From Paramecium tetraurelia (lineage: Eukaryota), in assembly GCA_000165425.1 (NCBI GenBank), contig CT868650.1, positions 310,001 to 374,000 on the forward strand: a stretch of DNA of 64,000 nucleotides. Reading direction: 5' to 3'. The translations under genes and the position numbers were made by a program. Under the pieces are notes generated by a model. That model ran no database searches, was not told the DNA's origin, and saw only the letters and a list, made by a program, of their open reading frames with translations. Numbering within the stretch: the first letter of the stretch is position 1; each line of letters opens with the position of its first letter. Positions 13,135 through 25,632 of the stretch are shown here, in pieces.

Positions 13135-13231
13135 TTTATACAGAATACAGAGAACAATAATATGTTTGATTATTATAATTAGATATTTTTAAATGATATG
13201 GGATATATTAAGTTAGTAGTACGAGTTGATT

Positions 13232-13878
13232 TCAAGCACATTACTTAAAGAAGCAAAATCCATTTGCATCATTCTTCTGATCATTTCCTCCATTTTTATT
13301 CTAAACTTATGGTGGAATCTATTACCTTCTTGTTGTTACTTAAACTATTGCTATAAGAAGTTCTTTGTTTAATGGAGGATTCTTGTTAATTGACTTGGGA
13401 TTGTTGAGTCTGGCTGGTGTAATTGGTTGGTGCAAATGTTAACTATTTTTCCAATTGTTATTAACTTAGGTTTAAAACTAATGCAAATACTATTGCACCA
13501 GTATCAATCAATTATTGTTCATTATCCAAAGCTAAGATATATGTATGTAATTACCAGGCAAGTCATCCTTTGGTTTTCCATTCTTTTTTGCTACCTTCAA
13601 TTTAAAACAATCTGCAGATCCTTTAAATTTAAAAGCTAATAATGAATTAGATTATATATAAATACTGGGGTCTTGGATGTTGATCTATTCAATAGTAAAA
13701 TCTATGCAGTCCCCAACTGTGAAAATGTTGGGCAACTCAAGCACTATTTGTTTGAGTTCCTCCTCTCCAGGCTTTTGATAATAGATGGAATATTTCTTAT
13801 TGTACTAAGCTTGATTGCCCTAAAATGGATGGGAAATAGCAAGGATACCTCTTAATTATCTTGTGGTCTAAGATTCAT
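13232..13878 (-). CDS. Small (179 aa) Sin1/Avo1 CRIM-like domain protein
   Basis: Four introns (29, 30, 23, 25 nt) give a clean 540-nt CDS. 'SIYYQKP...IVLELPNIFTVGDCIDFTIEQ...CFKLKVAKKNGKPKDDLPALDNEQQLIDTGAIVFALV' resembles the Sin1 CRIM core. Ends GFCFFKQCA*. Confidence 0.72.
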
Positions 13879-14028
13879 ATTATAATTAATATAATATTAA
13901 ATATATTTTTCACATTTCCATGTCTTATAGGTGTTTCAATTTATTCGAACACAAGAATGCCAACATTATTCCGTATTTATTCTTTGAGTAATTGAATTGC
14001 CTAAAATAATACAATTATTTTAAATTAA

Positions 14029-15052
14029 ATGGGTTTGAGATAATTGGATTTTTTTAGAAAATTAAATACTGATATTGGTGACACCTCATCAGCCTTGGGA
14101 GGATTCTTGACCACAATAGCCTTTGCAGTAAGATTCCAGCATATTCCTTGATAGTTGGTGACCATTTTAACCATGAATGAATGCAGATTGTTCTTTAGCA
14201 CAGAATTAAACTATTAAACTGTGATTGACAATGACACTGAATAATTTATCAAAGTTCACTTAGACATGATTGTTGGGGCACCCTGTATGGTGTTGTCATT
14301 GGATTAATAAGATGAGGTTGGAGTCCACGTAATGGATGTTTCTGGCACCTTGAAGAAGATTTCACTTGATAAAGATAGACATGTGTTGCCCTCAGTAATT
14401 AAACAATAATATTCATATTAAGATTGATAGTAACGAAAGACCTAACTATGAAGGAAGTGAATAAGAATTATTAGATGCAATTGAGGCTATCAATCAAGGA
14501 GAATAATGCTAATTGAAGGGATTTTTCTAAGTAAACAAGGTCCCAGGCAACTTCCATGTCAGTTATCACGCCCATCATTATTTATTATAGAGAATCCATC
14601 AAAGAGATCTTTCAGTCTTTAGAAAAATGAAATTGGATCACTCTATCTATGAATTGAGATTTGGAGAGATCACCACCACCTCCAAAATGAGGAAATATTC
14701 GAAATCTCTCCAAAAATTCTAAAACTCCTGGAAGTAAATTGTTAAATCAGCCCCTGAAGGAGAGAAATAAGATTATGAGTATTATATCGATGCCTTGCCT
14801 GTGAGGTTTTATGATGAGAACGAAAGAAACTATTAAACTCTCTATAAATATTCTATCAATGAAGCTTAAATGCCAAGAACTTTTACAGAAATCGACTCAA
14901 TCTATTTTAAATACCAAATCAGTCCAGTCAATATGGTCTATTCTATTTAAAAGAAGTCGGTCTATCATTTTATTGTTCAACTACTGGCTATTATTGGTGG
15001 AGTCTTTGCAGTTATAGGAATCCTCAATTCAATTGTATAAAAAGCAATATGA
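14029..15052 (+). CDS. ER-Golgi intermediate compartment protein (ERGIC/Erv41/Erv46 family)
   Basis: N-terminal LRQLDFFRK...LGGFLT, 'VNKVPGNFHVS', 'LDHSIYELRFG', 'IYFKYQISPV', C-terminal TM 'LLAIIGGVFAVIGI'. TGA 15050-15052. Confidence 0.92.
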
Positions 15053-15134
15053 GTCTATTTCATAAATATTTACAAATAATTAAATGTGTGAAAACAAATA
15101 TTGTTTTTATGAACTTTTTTATACTTATAATCAT

Positions 15135-16621
15135 TCATTTATTATACATTTCTGATAACTAACTAGGCTTCGGTGGCCTATAATTACTCTATTTAATTTC
15201 TAAAACTATATCCTCAAAATCAGTAGTCTGATATTTTTTGGTCGTCTCTTTGCTCAGCTTTCTAATTCTCCCTGGTGTCCTTGATTTTACTATTTCTTGC
15301 ACCGACCCTCCTTTCATTACCACTGTGGGAATTGGTTACATCGAAGCCTCACTTTCTATGCAATCCTCCTCATGAACAGAAAAAGGAGAATTAAAAATTC
15401 CGTTCTTCTTTTATAAGGGGGATAGGATCTTCAACACTGATGAATGCTTTCTAGAAAGTTGATTAGCGCTATTAATTGTATTATTGTGAGCTTGTTCTTC
15501 AACGGAAAAATACTAATGCTGTAAAATAGATTTTGAATCAATTCTCAATGTGGGATCGATCTAAAGCATCAGTTTCAATAGGTCTATTGCTTATTTTGGA
15601 ATTTTCTAATTTCCATTTAAAATTTCAAAATTTGTGTTGCATCTAGCATTGTTTTCTAAAATCTCCTCATGATTTGCCCCATTAAATAGGTCATGCTAAG
15701 CCAACCTAACAATAAAAACATTAGCCTTACATCTTATAGAATATTACTCCTAATGAAAAAATGTCACATTTTTCATTATATTCATTAATCTTTGTGTCAA
15801 GATTCAGGATTTCAGGAGCAACATAACCAGGTGTTCCACACTTTGACCTGCCTGAATCTTTAGTTGTCAGTCCAAAATCAATGAGTTTCAATTAGTATAT
15901 ACTATCTTAAAACATAATATTTTCTGGTTTTAAATCTCTATGCATGTAGCCTTTTTCATGCATGAAATTTACAGCTGTCACTAATTGCTTGAATATAATG
16001 TGAATGTCTTCAATGTTCAGTTCTTTTAGAATGTCGGTAAATTCAAGATCATAATACTGCATTACCATGTAATATGAAACATCGCCTTCATATACTTCCA
16101 AAAGTTCTGCAATATTTGAGTGTTTCAATGCCACCATCGCTTATATTTCTTCAAACAATCCTTACTAGCAAGATTACTAAATATTTTACTCTGCCAATTT
16201 AATCATTCACTTGTGCTTTGTCTAAACATTTGCAAGCATAATATTCAAGGGTGTTGATTTTACTTTGTAATAAGTAAACATTGGAGAAGGTTCCTTGACC
16301 AATCTATTATAAGGGATTATATATAGTGTTTATTCCTTTAAAGACCACTCTTGCTCCTATAATTTATTTTAAATTGAACAAATTTTCATGGTTTGCATAA
16401 TACCAATGATGCTTATTTGTTGTCAAGCCAATTGCATGGAGTTATTTTTTCTTGACTTTAAAATCAACAAATAAATTATAATTTATGTCTAATTCATTTC
16501 TCTTATTAGGCGAGTCTGAAACATTTGTAATTATAATTTTATCAGAAGTAACTTCCAATATGCATAACTTATTTCCCAATATTTTATGTCTAAAGCACTC
16601 TATTTTGAAGTTAGATTCCAT
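15135..16621 (-). CDS. CAMK-group Ser/Thr protein kinase with N-terminal PH-like region
   Basis: [43 protein letters not shown] 16621, TGA 15135-15137. Confidence 0.9.
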
Positions 16622-16809
16622 AATTATGTAATTTTTCAATTAAATTTAAGAATTATTTATACAAGTAAATTTGGTTAAATCATTTTTATACAAATATATT
16701 AAGTACTATGGTTGATATTAATACTTAAATAAACAATGGTTAATACTAGTTATTTATTATATATTTAACTTGTAATACAGTAGATTAAAACATAAAAACA
16801 AGAATTTAA

Positions 16810-17400
16810 TCAAAGAGGGTTGTCATTGTAGTGATTGAAGAGATCAGTCATTATTTTTTCTGAAAATGGCTTAATTCTATTGAGAGAGCACTTTAACTAT
16901 TCTTCGTTTACTTTTGTGTGGAATGCTAAAAACTTGGTGTTTAAACCTCCTTGTTTGTAGAATATAATGTCAGCAGCAATTTTTATTGTTATAGCAATCT
17001 GAAGGTTTATCGTTAACTTGCCGATTAAATAAACAAGTTGCTTTTTCAAAGTTTCACAAACTCTTGAAACTTAATCACCGAAACCCATTTTTTAACAGAC
17101 ATTGGAGAAGTTTAGACTTTATTATTGCTCGATGAATTTAATGACGTATTCCACTTTTTTATCCAATGCAGGCAATTTTCTATTTGATTCTTTGAGACAA
17201 TAAAAAATCACTCCTTTTGCTGAAGTCAGAGTATTCTAAAGTGGAATTGATTAAATTATTCTGATTGCTTTCTTCTCAATCTCAAAATCCAAATTCATTT
17301 TAAAAATTAGATGCTGAACTTCTTCTAATAAAGACATTTCCATCTTTGGAGTTAGGCATTCATCATTGAATTTTGGAACTGGAGGTCTTTGATGAGTCAT
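16810..17400 (-). CDS. TFIIB-core-like double cyclin-fold protein (196 aa, intronless)
   Basis: Open 591-nt frame. Repeat 1 'EEVQHLIFKMNLDFEIEKKAIRII...KGVIFYCLKESNRKLP'. Repeat 2 'FSNVCQKMGFGDQVSRVCETL...IAITIKIAADII...LNTKFLAFHTKVNEEQLKCSLNRIKPF' parallels the TFIIB C-terminal repeats. The gene itself is certain; the domain call is moderate. Confidence 0.7.
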
Positions 17401-17452
17401 AAGTAATTTTAATTATTGAATAATCTATAATTACATTTATGTTTTTAATTGA

Positions 17453-17600
17453 TGACTCAATTATCGATGCACATGTTCATTCTGCATTATTTAATATATA
17501 AAAATAATATATATATATATATTGAAAAATAATGACTCAACCAATTCAATATTAAAATCATCGTAAATCAAATGATTCATTCTCTATACCTCTGACATCA
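17453..17600. promoter_or_regulatory. Cluster of TGA(C/T)TCA / TGACATCA palindromic motifs upstream of the TFIIB-like gene
   Basis: TGACTCA at 17453-17459 and 17533-17539 (both ATGACTCAA), TGATTCA 17573-17579, TGACATCA 17593-17600. Function not shown. Confidence 0.3.
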
Positions 17601-17814
17601 TACTAAAATGACAAAATACTTCATATTATTATCATTTCACTCTACTTGAAAAATTCTGAAATTTTAAATATAACTGAAACTTCTAACTTCGTTGTTAATT
17701 AGAATGAAAATATTCGTAACTTAATATTACGTGTTAAATTGTTATGCATTGATTTTGTCTAATTTTATATAAAAACAAAGAGTTGAATAATCAAATTCTG
17801 ATGAATTAATATTT

Positions 17815-19936
17815 TCACATAATAGAGCAACGTTTACAACAACAGCACTTCTTTGTTTAAGGTTAAACCAAATTTGTCCCAAATAATTAGTTTTTTTCAT
17901 AATCAATTTCCCATTTCATTATTCTCTATCCATCATTAGTAATCAAGTATCCACGTTCTCTTATCCAATTACAGTAATAAAATGTTTACTGCATTTGATT
18001 ATTGAAAAGGTGCCCTGAGTCTTATTGAATTGATTATAAATCATAAATAATTATTTCTTTCTCAGTGGATACAAATAAGCATTTTTCACTTAAATTAATT
18101 AAGGATAATACACATCCAGTTTATAGAGATAAAGTTTATTTAACTTCTAGTTTAATTCCAGGTTCCTTTTAAAAATGAGATATATGCAAAATTAAAATTT
18201 CGTTCAATCTTTATCCATTGACCACAATTTAAGTATTGCTCAATAATTCCACATGTTGTGCTACATAATCTAATTTTAAATAAGAGCTAATTAGTAATAT
18301 GAAATATCTACAATTTATTATTAAATAAAAATCTAACACTTAATATTCGAGAACTATCAGATGTAATTAACATCTGATTGAGTTTATCAAAATAGATTAA
18401 ATTAATCTAAGCAGTATGATCCTTCAATGTATTTAACACTTTTAAAGACTTATCTTGAAGTTGCAGTACTTGCACCTCTCCATTACTAAACCCAAAAAGA
18501 ACATTGGAATCTCTCATCTAGCATATCACATTAATTTCTTATGGAGTCTAAGCTAAACTAAATGGTTAACACATCTCATCATCCAAGATCTAGATTGTAT
18601 TGTTTTCAAATAAGCCTATAATCTTTCTTGGTTATTCAGTCAAACATACACATTTGAGATCTTAAAAAATAGATTAATATAAATGATACTTTAAATTTGT
18701 CTTTTTTAAATGGCTGCACCTTCAAAATTTATTTCACTAAAATAGTTATCACTGAAAACGATAATGCTTTAATTATCAGCAATTTAGCCTTTTGTGATTT
18801 CATTCAATTCTTAACAGTAGATCTAATTTATTTTTCTCAACTTAATAGATTATGATTTATTCATGATAGTCTTTTCATAAGGAATGTGTAAAACATAATT
18901 TTTTTCTTTATTTTAGAGACTCCCTCCTCCTTAATTCTGCTCTATGCTCCCATTCATCTTATCAATTCCATTAAGGCAATTCTATGCCTGTTGCCAAGTG
19001 AATCTGGATTTTTCATCATAGTTAAGCATTCCTGTCAACAGCTCTTTGATTTTGTCATGATAAATCTTTTATATTATAATAGGGATTTTGTTTTATTTTT
19101 AATCATTGAGACCTGCTATATCATGATCTTGTAACAACAAATACGTTTATATGAGTGTAACTCCTAAGGAAAATACATCTGACTTTTCTAAATTGTGTCT
19201 TGAGGGATAATGTAAAAATAATACTTAACATCATTATATTAGCCATTAATGTAAGCTTCCCACAATTTTGGTGATAAATACAGTGGTGTTCCGACAAGAG
19301 TATTTTTAACATTGTTTTTGAAATGTTCTAATGCTTTGCTAACACCAAAATCAGCAATTCGAACTACAACTTTTTCGTTCTCCTTCTCGTAAAGGATGTT
19401 CTCTGGCTTGATATCTCTATGATACAGTTCCTTCTATTGCAGAAAGAGAAATGCTTATAATAATTGATTGACAATATTTAAGAAAGTTGTTTCTACAAAT
19501 TTTGAAGGCAAAAATACCATTAAAAGTTTTTCTGTTGGCTCTGATTTCATCATCTTTTAGATCCTTCAAACTACCCATAGCCAATTTCATTTGAAACACT
19601 AAAAAATATTTCTAGACTGGAATGGTTTCAGACCAGGCATAGATTTTGTCAAAGTATATAATATTGGGATGGATATTAATTTGCCTGTTCAATTAAACCT
19701 CCTTTAATGCTGAATCATATGATTTTTTACTATATTATAAAACATTCTTACTTAATACACTGAACTATTTTTACTGCACAATTTTATGAAGGGTTCGATT
19801 TAAATGTCATTTTATAAACTTAGCCATAAGATCCTGATCCCAAAAGTACTTATTTGGCTGTATCAAATTCGTTTTGATAATCTTCCGCATTAGGGAAACA
19901 CAAAGCATCAAGACCATCTCCCTCTTTTTTACTCAT
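17815..19936 (-). CDS. Protein kinase with C-terminal WD40-like beta-propeller and Cys-cluster/CaaX tail
   Basis: LGSGSYGQV, CAVKIV, HRDIKPENILY, ADFG, GTPLYLSP. C-terminal half is beta-strand rich (e.g. 'TIQILDDE', 'VLNTLKDHT', 'IIIYDL', 'IMKWEI'). Ends KKCCCCKRCSIM* (TGA 17815-17817). Confidence 0.88.
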
Positions 19937-19964
19937 AAAATAACAAATATTAAAATTTATTATA

Positions 19965-21020
19965 ATGAATAGCAAGATTCGCATTGGAATAATTTCAACA
20001 GCTGAAATTGCCCATAAAGTCTGTTTGGCTATTAATTCCTCTGAATACGCAGAAGTATATTGTGTAGCCAGTCGATCCTTGGAAAAAGCCAGACAATGGG
20101 CTGATGCTCATAACATAAAGATTGCCTATGGTTCTTACGAAGAATTATTGGATGACCCAAATGTTGATGGAGTATACATCCCATTGCCAACATCTTTGAA
20201 AAAAGAATGGACAATCAAAGCTGCCAACAAGAAGAAACATGTATTAGTGGAAAAACCATTGCCAGGTGCTGATTCCTCATAATGTATGGAAGACATGATC
20301 AAAAGCTGCGAGGAAAATGGAGTTCAATTTTTGGATGGAACCATGTGGTTACATTCACTAAGAACTTAAGTTGCTAAATAAAAGAAATAAGAATTGGGAA
20401 AAGTACTCAAAGTGACAGCTGCAATGACCTTCAAAGCTCCTAATGAAGAGTGGCTACAAGGAGGCAATGGAAGAACTAATAAAAATCAAGAACCTTAAGG
20501 CTGTTTGGGTGATTAAGGATGGTATCCTGTCGGAGCAATCCTTTTTGCTTTCGATTATGAATTACCTAAGTTTGTTAAGTGTCTGTCTTACAAATTAAAT
20601 AAAGTTGATACAATAATAGAATTTTCTGGATTCTTAGAATTTTCAGATGAAAGATATGCATATTTCGATTGTGGAGCCACTTTTCCTCATAGATCTTTTG
20701 TTGACATTGTTTGTGAAAATGGACAAATCAGAATAGATGATTTAGTTGGAGGATTTGGTAGAACAGGAAATTTCAATGCCTATTTTGAAAACTATGTTGG
20801 AAGTGAGAGGTTCTTTGTAGATGATGTTTAGGGAAAAGAAGAAGTTGTCAAGGTCGATGCTTGCAATCACACAGTAAAAATGATAGATACATTTGCTAAT
20901 ATCATTCAATCGAAGAAGACTGATCATTCTTGGCATCACAAAAGTTTGACTACTCATTAGGTGTTGGCAGCATTATTCAGAGCCACTTAAAGAGTTGGGG
21001 AAAATGTATAAATCTTATGA
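19965..21020 (+). CDS. Gfo/Idh/MocA-family NAD(P)-dependent oxidoreductase (351 aa, intronless)
   Basis: IRIGIISTAEIA, ASRSLEKA, YGSYEELLDDPNVDGVYIPLP, KHVLVEKP, GCLGDQGWY. TGA 21018-21020 is in frame with ATG 19965. Confidence 0.93.
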
Positions 21021-21054
21021 TGATGATGAGATTTATGAATATATATTAAATAAA

Positions 21055-22082
21055 TCAATAATTGTGGTACACCTATTTTCTTTCATATTCAAAGAAGTTA
21101 TCTGTTTTAAATTCGGAAACACTCAATCTGTCCTGATTTTGCTAGAGTTTCACTTTTCTTAAGTGTTATTTACATTCTATCACAAATTCTTTACATTCCT
21201 TTTTAAAACCCTTTAGTTTTTATTGATTTATGGTTAGTTTATTCAACACTCCAAAAAATTTAATTTGCTTTCCATTCAAACATAACAATTTGTAGATCTC
21301 GAATAAATCAAACATCTATTCTTTGTTTTTATCTTTTAAATCGATTATCAATTCTTTCAGGTAATCAATCTGCTGACTTTAGAATTATTCAAGATCTTTC
21401 AAGATAAGTTGAAAGCAGAAATCCAACTTTGGACATTTCTAGCCCTCAATTATACGCAATCCCATTGAACAGATGTTTTATATTACGTACAATTCTATTA
21501 TCGGTATCCCACTTGATGAATAATGGCATACTCGTTTTAAATATGTGTAGTACAACTGCAACATTGATTAATATGATAGAGGTTCCCTAATGATGTGTCT
21601 CTCTGTCTATTATTTCTCTGAGTAACTCTAAAAACAATCCATTCTCTTAGTGTGCACTTTTTATGATTTTGTCTCTGTTTAAAAATTCGGAAGATTCCTA
21701 TCTGTCTATTACTAAGAAGATCTCATAGATGAAAATTAACTACTCCTTGCAAAGGTGCTAGAGGAACTCATTTCCGTAGATAACCTCTCCATTATAAAAC
21801 TATTATTCAAGACATTTGTAATCCAATAAATATTACATTCTTAAAAAACTTGTACATCCAAAGTTTTTTTTTGTATCATGAAGTGAAATACACACAGTAA
21901 TTTTATTACCTACTCTGGGAACACTATTTTTGTGACATCCGATTTCGATAAGTAATTAAAGACGTTTTGAATACCTATAAGATTTTAAAAATTAATTAAC
22001 CTGCCTTTTCCAATTATAGAGCACTTTCAGCAAGATTTACATTGTTTGTATTCAGAATTTTTATGATTGTTTGATTAATCAT
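21055..22082 (-). CDS. Hypothetical protein
   Basis: Long code-6 open frame ending TGA 21055-21057. Putative ATG 22082 with an intron at ~21975-22000. The 5' exon structure is uncertain and no recognisable domain was seen. Confidence 0.6.
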
Positions 22083-22343
22083 TAGGAACTTTTTAATTAA
22101 TTATAAAATATAGATAATTATAAAAATAATATTTGAAATTATTATTAAATATTTGTTAAACTTAAGTTTTTAGATATTATTACACTCTAAATTTTATAAC
22201 ATTTATCATAAATCTCTGCATCTGAATGATCTACTTATGTAAGAATAACTACCATAATATAATAAATAATTAATTACATTAAATTTATTGTATTATTTAT
22301 TATTATTTGTAAATGAATAAATCTAATCATTTATATTATACAA

Positions 22344-22878
22344 ATGATTCAAATGAACTCCTACGCAGAGATAGGTAAAAATAAATATCAAACATCATTA
22401 TAGAGATTTTCTGATACATCAATAAAAATTAGAAGAAATAAAACGGTCAAAAAGTGCTATTGGATATCATAGAAGTAAATCAATTAAGTTACCAAAATCT
22501 ACAAATATTAAAGATGAAATGGTGTAAGCTGAAATATTCCATTAAAATTAATTATTGGCTACAAATTTAAAGAGAATACACGCACGTTCATTTTAAATCC
22601 CTCAAAAACTGTAGAACTTTTAAGTTTCAATAAAATCATCACAGACAAAGGAGCATACATTCAAAATATTGGATGAAAATATAAATTTATGCAAAAGGAT
22701 ATTAGACTAACAAAGTTAGATTGATTTTAAATAGAAGTTATAAGAATACAAGCAACATAAAAAAATAAAATTTAGACTCTAAAAAGTTAAAAGATAATTT
22801 GAATAACAAGAAAAGTTAGCTGTCGATTAGAGATTTAAATCAAAATCGTTTAGTTAAGTATAGATGAATAAGTTTTGA
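22344..22878 (+). CDS. CFAP97/KIAA1430 (Hemingway)-like ciliary coiled-coil protein
   Basis: 'HQQKLEEIK...EIFHQNQLLATNLKRI...KILDENINLCKRILDQQSQIDFKQKLQEYKQHKK' pattern. TGA 22876-22878. Start and first intron are uncertain. Confidence 0.6.
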
Positions 22879-22919
22879 ATTAATTTATTTAAAGTAGTAC
22901 TTTAACTTATGATTTATAT

Positions 22920-25518
22920 TCAATTTTGCAGCGAAAATTTATCGCCATATTAAGCTTTAAGATTAATATTGAGCATTTTCAATCTCTCTTTTTTCAATTC
23001 AATAGGCTCTTGATTGTTTTAAAAATTCTTAACATAAGGCGATTTGTGAACCATGCCTGGCAAAAGAATCTTATTACCAAAATATGGCATAGATTTTTAA
23101 TTTTTTTTGCCACTCACGACTCTCTCAAATCTCTATTATTGATATTCTTAATGAAGCTTTTTAAGTTTCCTCAGACTAACAGAATTTTATAAATCTCCTG
23201 AACTTTTATTTACACTTTCTCTTCCACTTCCTAGATCTAATGATCTGTTAACATATTTTCCAAGGGCAGATTTTCTGGAGGAACTAGGAGGACGGTAGGA
23301 GGGAGGTCTGTTCAATCTAGTTGTGTATCTTTGAGCCATTCGATATTTTAGAGGATTACCTACTAGATTATAATTCTTACTGTTTAAACTTGAATTTTAA
23401 GTTTTAGGAGATTTTTGCAATTAAGCCATCTATAGAACAGGTGGTAATTTAAGATGAGATTTTTGTTTTTAATGCCTGATATATATATATGATTGAAATA
23501 CCTTTGTACAGCATAAGTTTATCCTCCAGATATAGAATAATAAGGCGAATCTACTCCAGGTAAACTAGGAACTAAAATATGAAATGTATGTATAACCTTT
23601 TTTGGGTCCATTCTATTAACTGGACTTAGATTTTGCACTTTAAATATGTTTTGTTTATTGTTGTTAATGAATTTAAGTTCTTAATTATCTTACTTGTTCA
23701 TCTTATACTGATTCCTGATATCTCCTTCTTTTTTCCTAAATTTGAAGTTCAACATTTTCCTATTATTATATTTATAACAATTATTACTATTTTAAGTTCA
23801 CCCTACTTGATGATACCTTGCAAATAAGTTTTATGATTTAAATCTGGAATTTATTAAACCGACTTCTATATATCGACCTTTTTGATATCATATTCAAGTA
23901 ACTGCTATTTCATATCATCTTCGCTCTATTTGAGTATGGCTTTTTGTGTTTTAGCATTATCGATTTTTTCCAATAATTTCATTTATTCGAACTTATCTTA
24001 AGAGCGACCTTTTTGATATTACAAGAAACCAATATTCTATTGATATTGATTCTGCTATTGTTCCATATCAAATAATTTATTTTTCGCTTCTATGATATCA
24101 AAAATATTTTGATTGATAATTGATTCCAATTCATTGACCTATTATTTCAAATTTAATTAGGGGACAGGAACAGTTTTCTAATTAATGGAAGGCAATCCTA
24201 CTTTATAAATTTACTTGCTACTTTTTTGAGGAGTGATGGAATTAAACTATTATTATTGTATCAATAATTTTAGTTCTTCATTTTCCTGTCGCAAATTTTG
24301 AATGAGCAGTGCATAATTGCTAATATGATTTTAGGCCACTAAGACATTTCTATTGGCAACTGTTTTAATGTTCTTGGCTCTATTCGCATAGACTAATGTA
24401 TTGTAGGTTTCTTCAAAACTACTAACAGATGGAGTTACATTGGAAATCATAACGGTTCTGCAATTACCACCTAAGGAATCTTTCAACAATCTGGTTAATT
24501 TAGAATTTCTAAATGGTATGAATGGATTTTTGATTCCTTTTTCATTAGCTTCTGATAGTGATTGAATACAATTGCCTAGGACCAACAATGATTTGTTGAT
24601 GTTTGCTCCCTCTACCATTCTTTAACCTCTATTATTTGTATTGGCTGCTCGTTCACTACCTGCCAGATCTACCAAACTAAATTTGCTTTAAATGATTTAT
24701 TCCTGTAATCCAGCAGCTTTGTCTTTGCATTCTACTTGAACTTGTAGGATAGCATGAGATCTAGATGATTCTTTGTTTGCATCAGTTGCTTCTTTGGATC
24801 GATTTCTATTACCAACCTTCAAAAGGGAGAGCACTTCAGTGACTGTTTTAACTTCAATTTCAATGACACCGGCTATTTATATTCCGTTATTTTTGTCTTC
24901 TCTGATTTCTAAATTTTTGTCTTCTGATGTCAGCAAATCTCGTATGTTCTCATTATAGATTTCGACGTAGGAGACCTTAAATTAGGTCTCTTTGAATCTG
25001 TCAGATTGTGAAAAATTAAAAAGGGACTGCAAAGCTCTTGGCATTAAACCTACTTCTTATTGGGTTCCTATCATTCTATTGTTAATGATATTAAATGTAC
25101 GTAAATGTCTTGCCAGAACCTGTTGCACCATAGCAAAATACAGTGGTATTGAATCCTTCCAATACTCCCTCCAATAAAAACTCGGTGGTGTTTTCGTAGA
25201 TCTTTTATTGAGGAGCCCATTGATCAAAAACAAAATCAAATGCAAAATTAGTTTCCTTCAACCTATTTTTCCTTAATAACTATTCTATATAATGTCAATA
25301 CTTCATCTTCTCTTTCTGATTCTGGATCCATCAACACTATCATCTTGCCATCGAGTATTCGAATGGTTTCAAACTCTGAAACACTTCTTTCCTTCTAATT
25401 CAGAGGTCTGACTCTTATTGCTACCTAGAAGATAGAGAGATAATTACTAGAATGTTGCTGGATCCATTTTTTAATTCCTCCCAAAAACTATATTAGTCTC
25501 ATTCTCGAATTAATGCAT
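22920..25518 (-). CDS. Kinesin motor protein, kinesin-8 (KIF18/KIF19/Kip3)-like
   Basis: [91 protein letters not shown], followed by a coiled-coil tail. Confidence 0.93.
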
Positions 25519-25632
25519 TTAGAAAGCGTATTATATAAATAATAATTATCTAATAAATTATCACTATCAAAAACATTAAGAAATGATTATGTCTTAGTAT
25601 ATAATTTTAATTTGAAATATTTCAATTCCACT

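Noticed and set aside
22926..25177. Plus-strand track ORFs (22926, 23633, 24773, 24992) that look hydrophobic
   Set aside because: Antisense to the kinesin gene. F/L/I richness is the reverse complement of K/E/Q codons. The same applies to 58425-58643 and 59299-59592 against the helicase.
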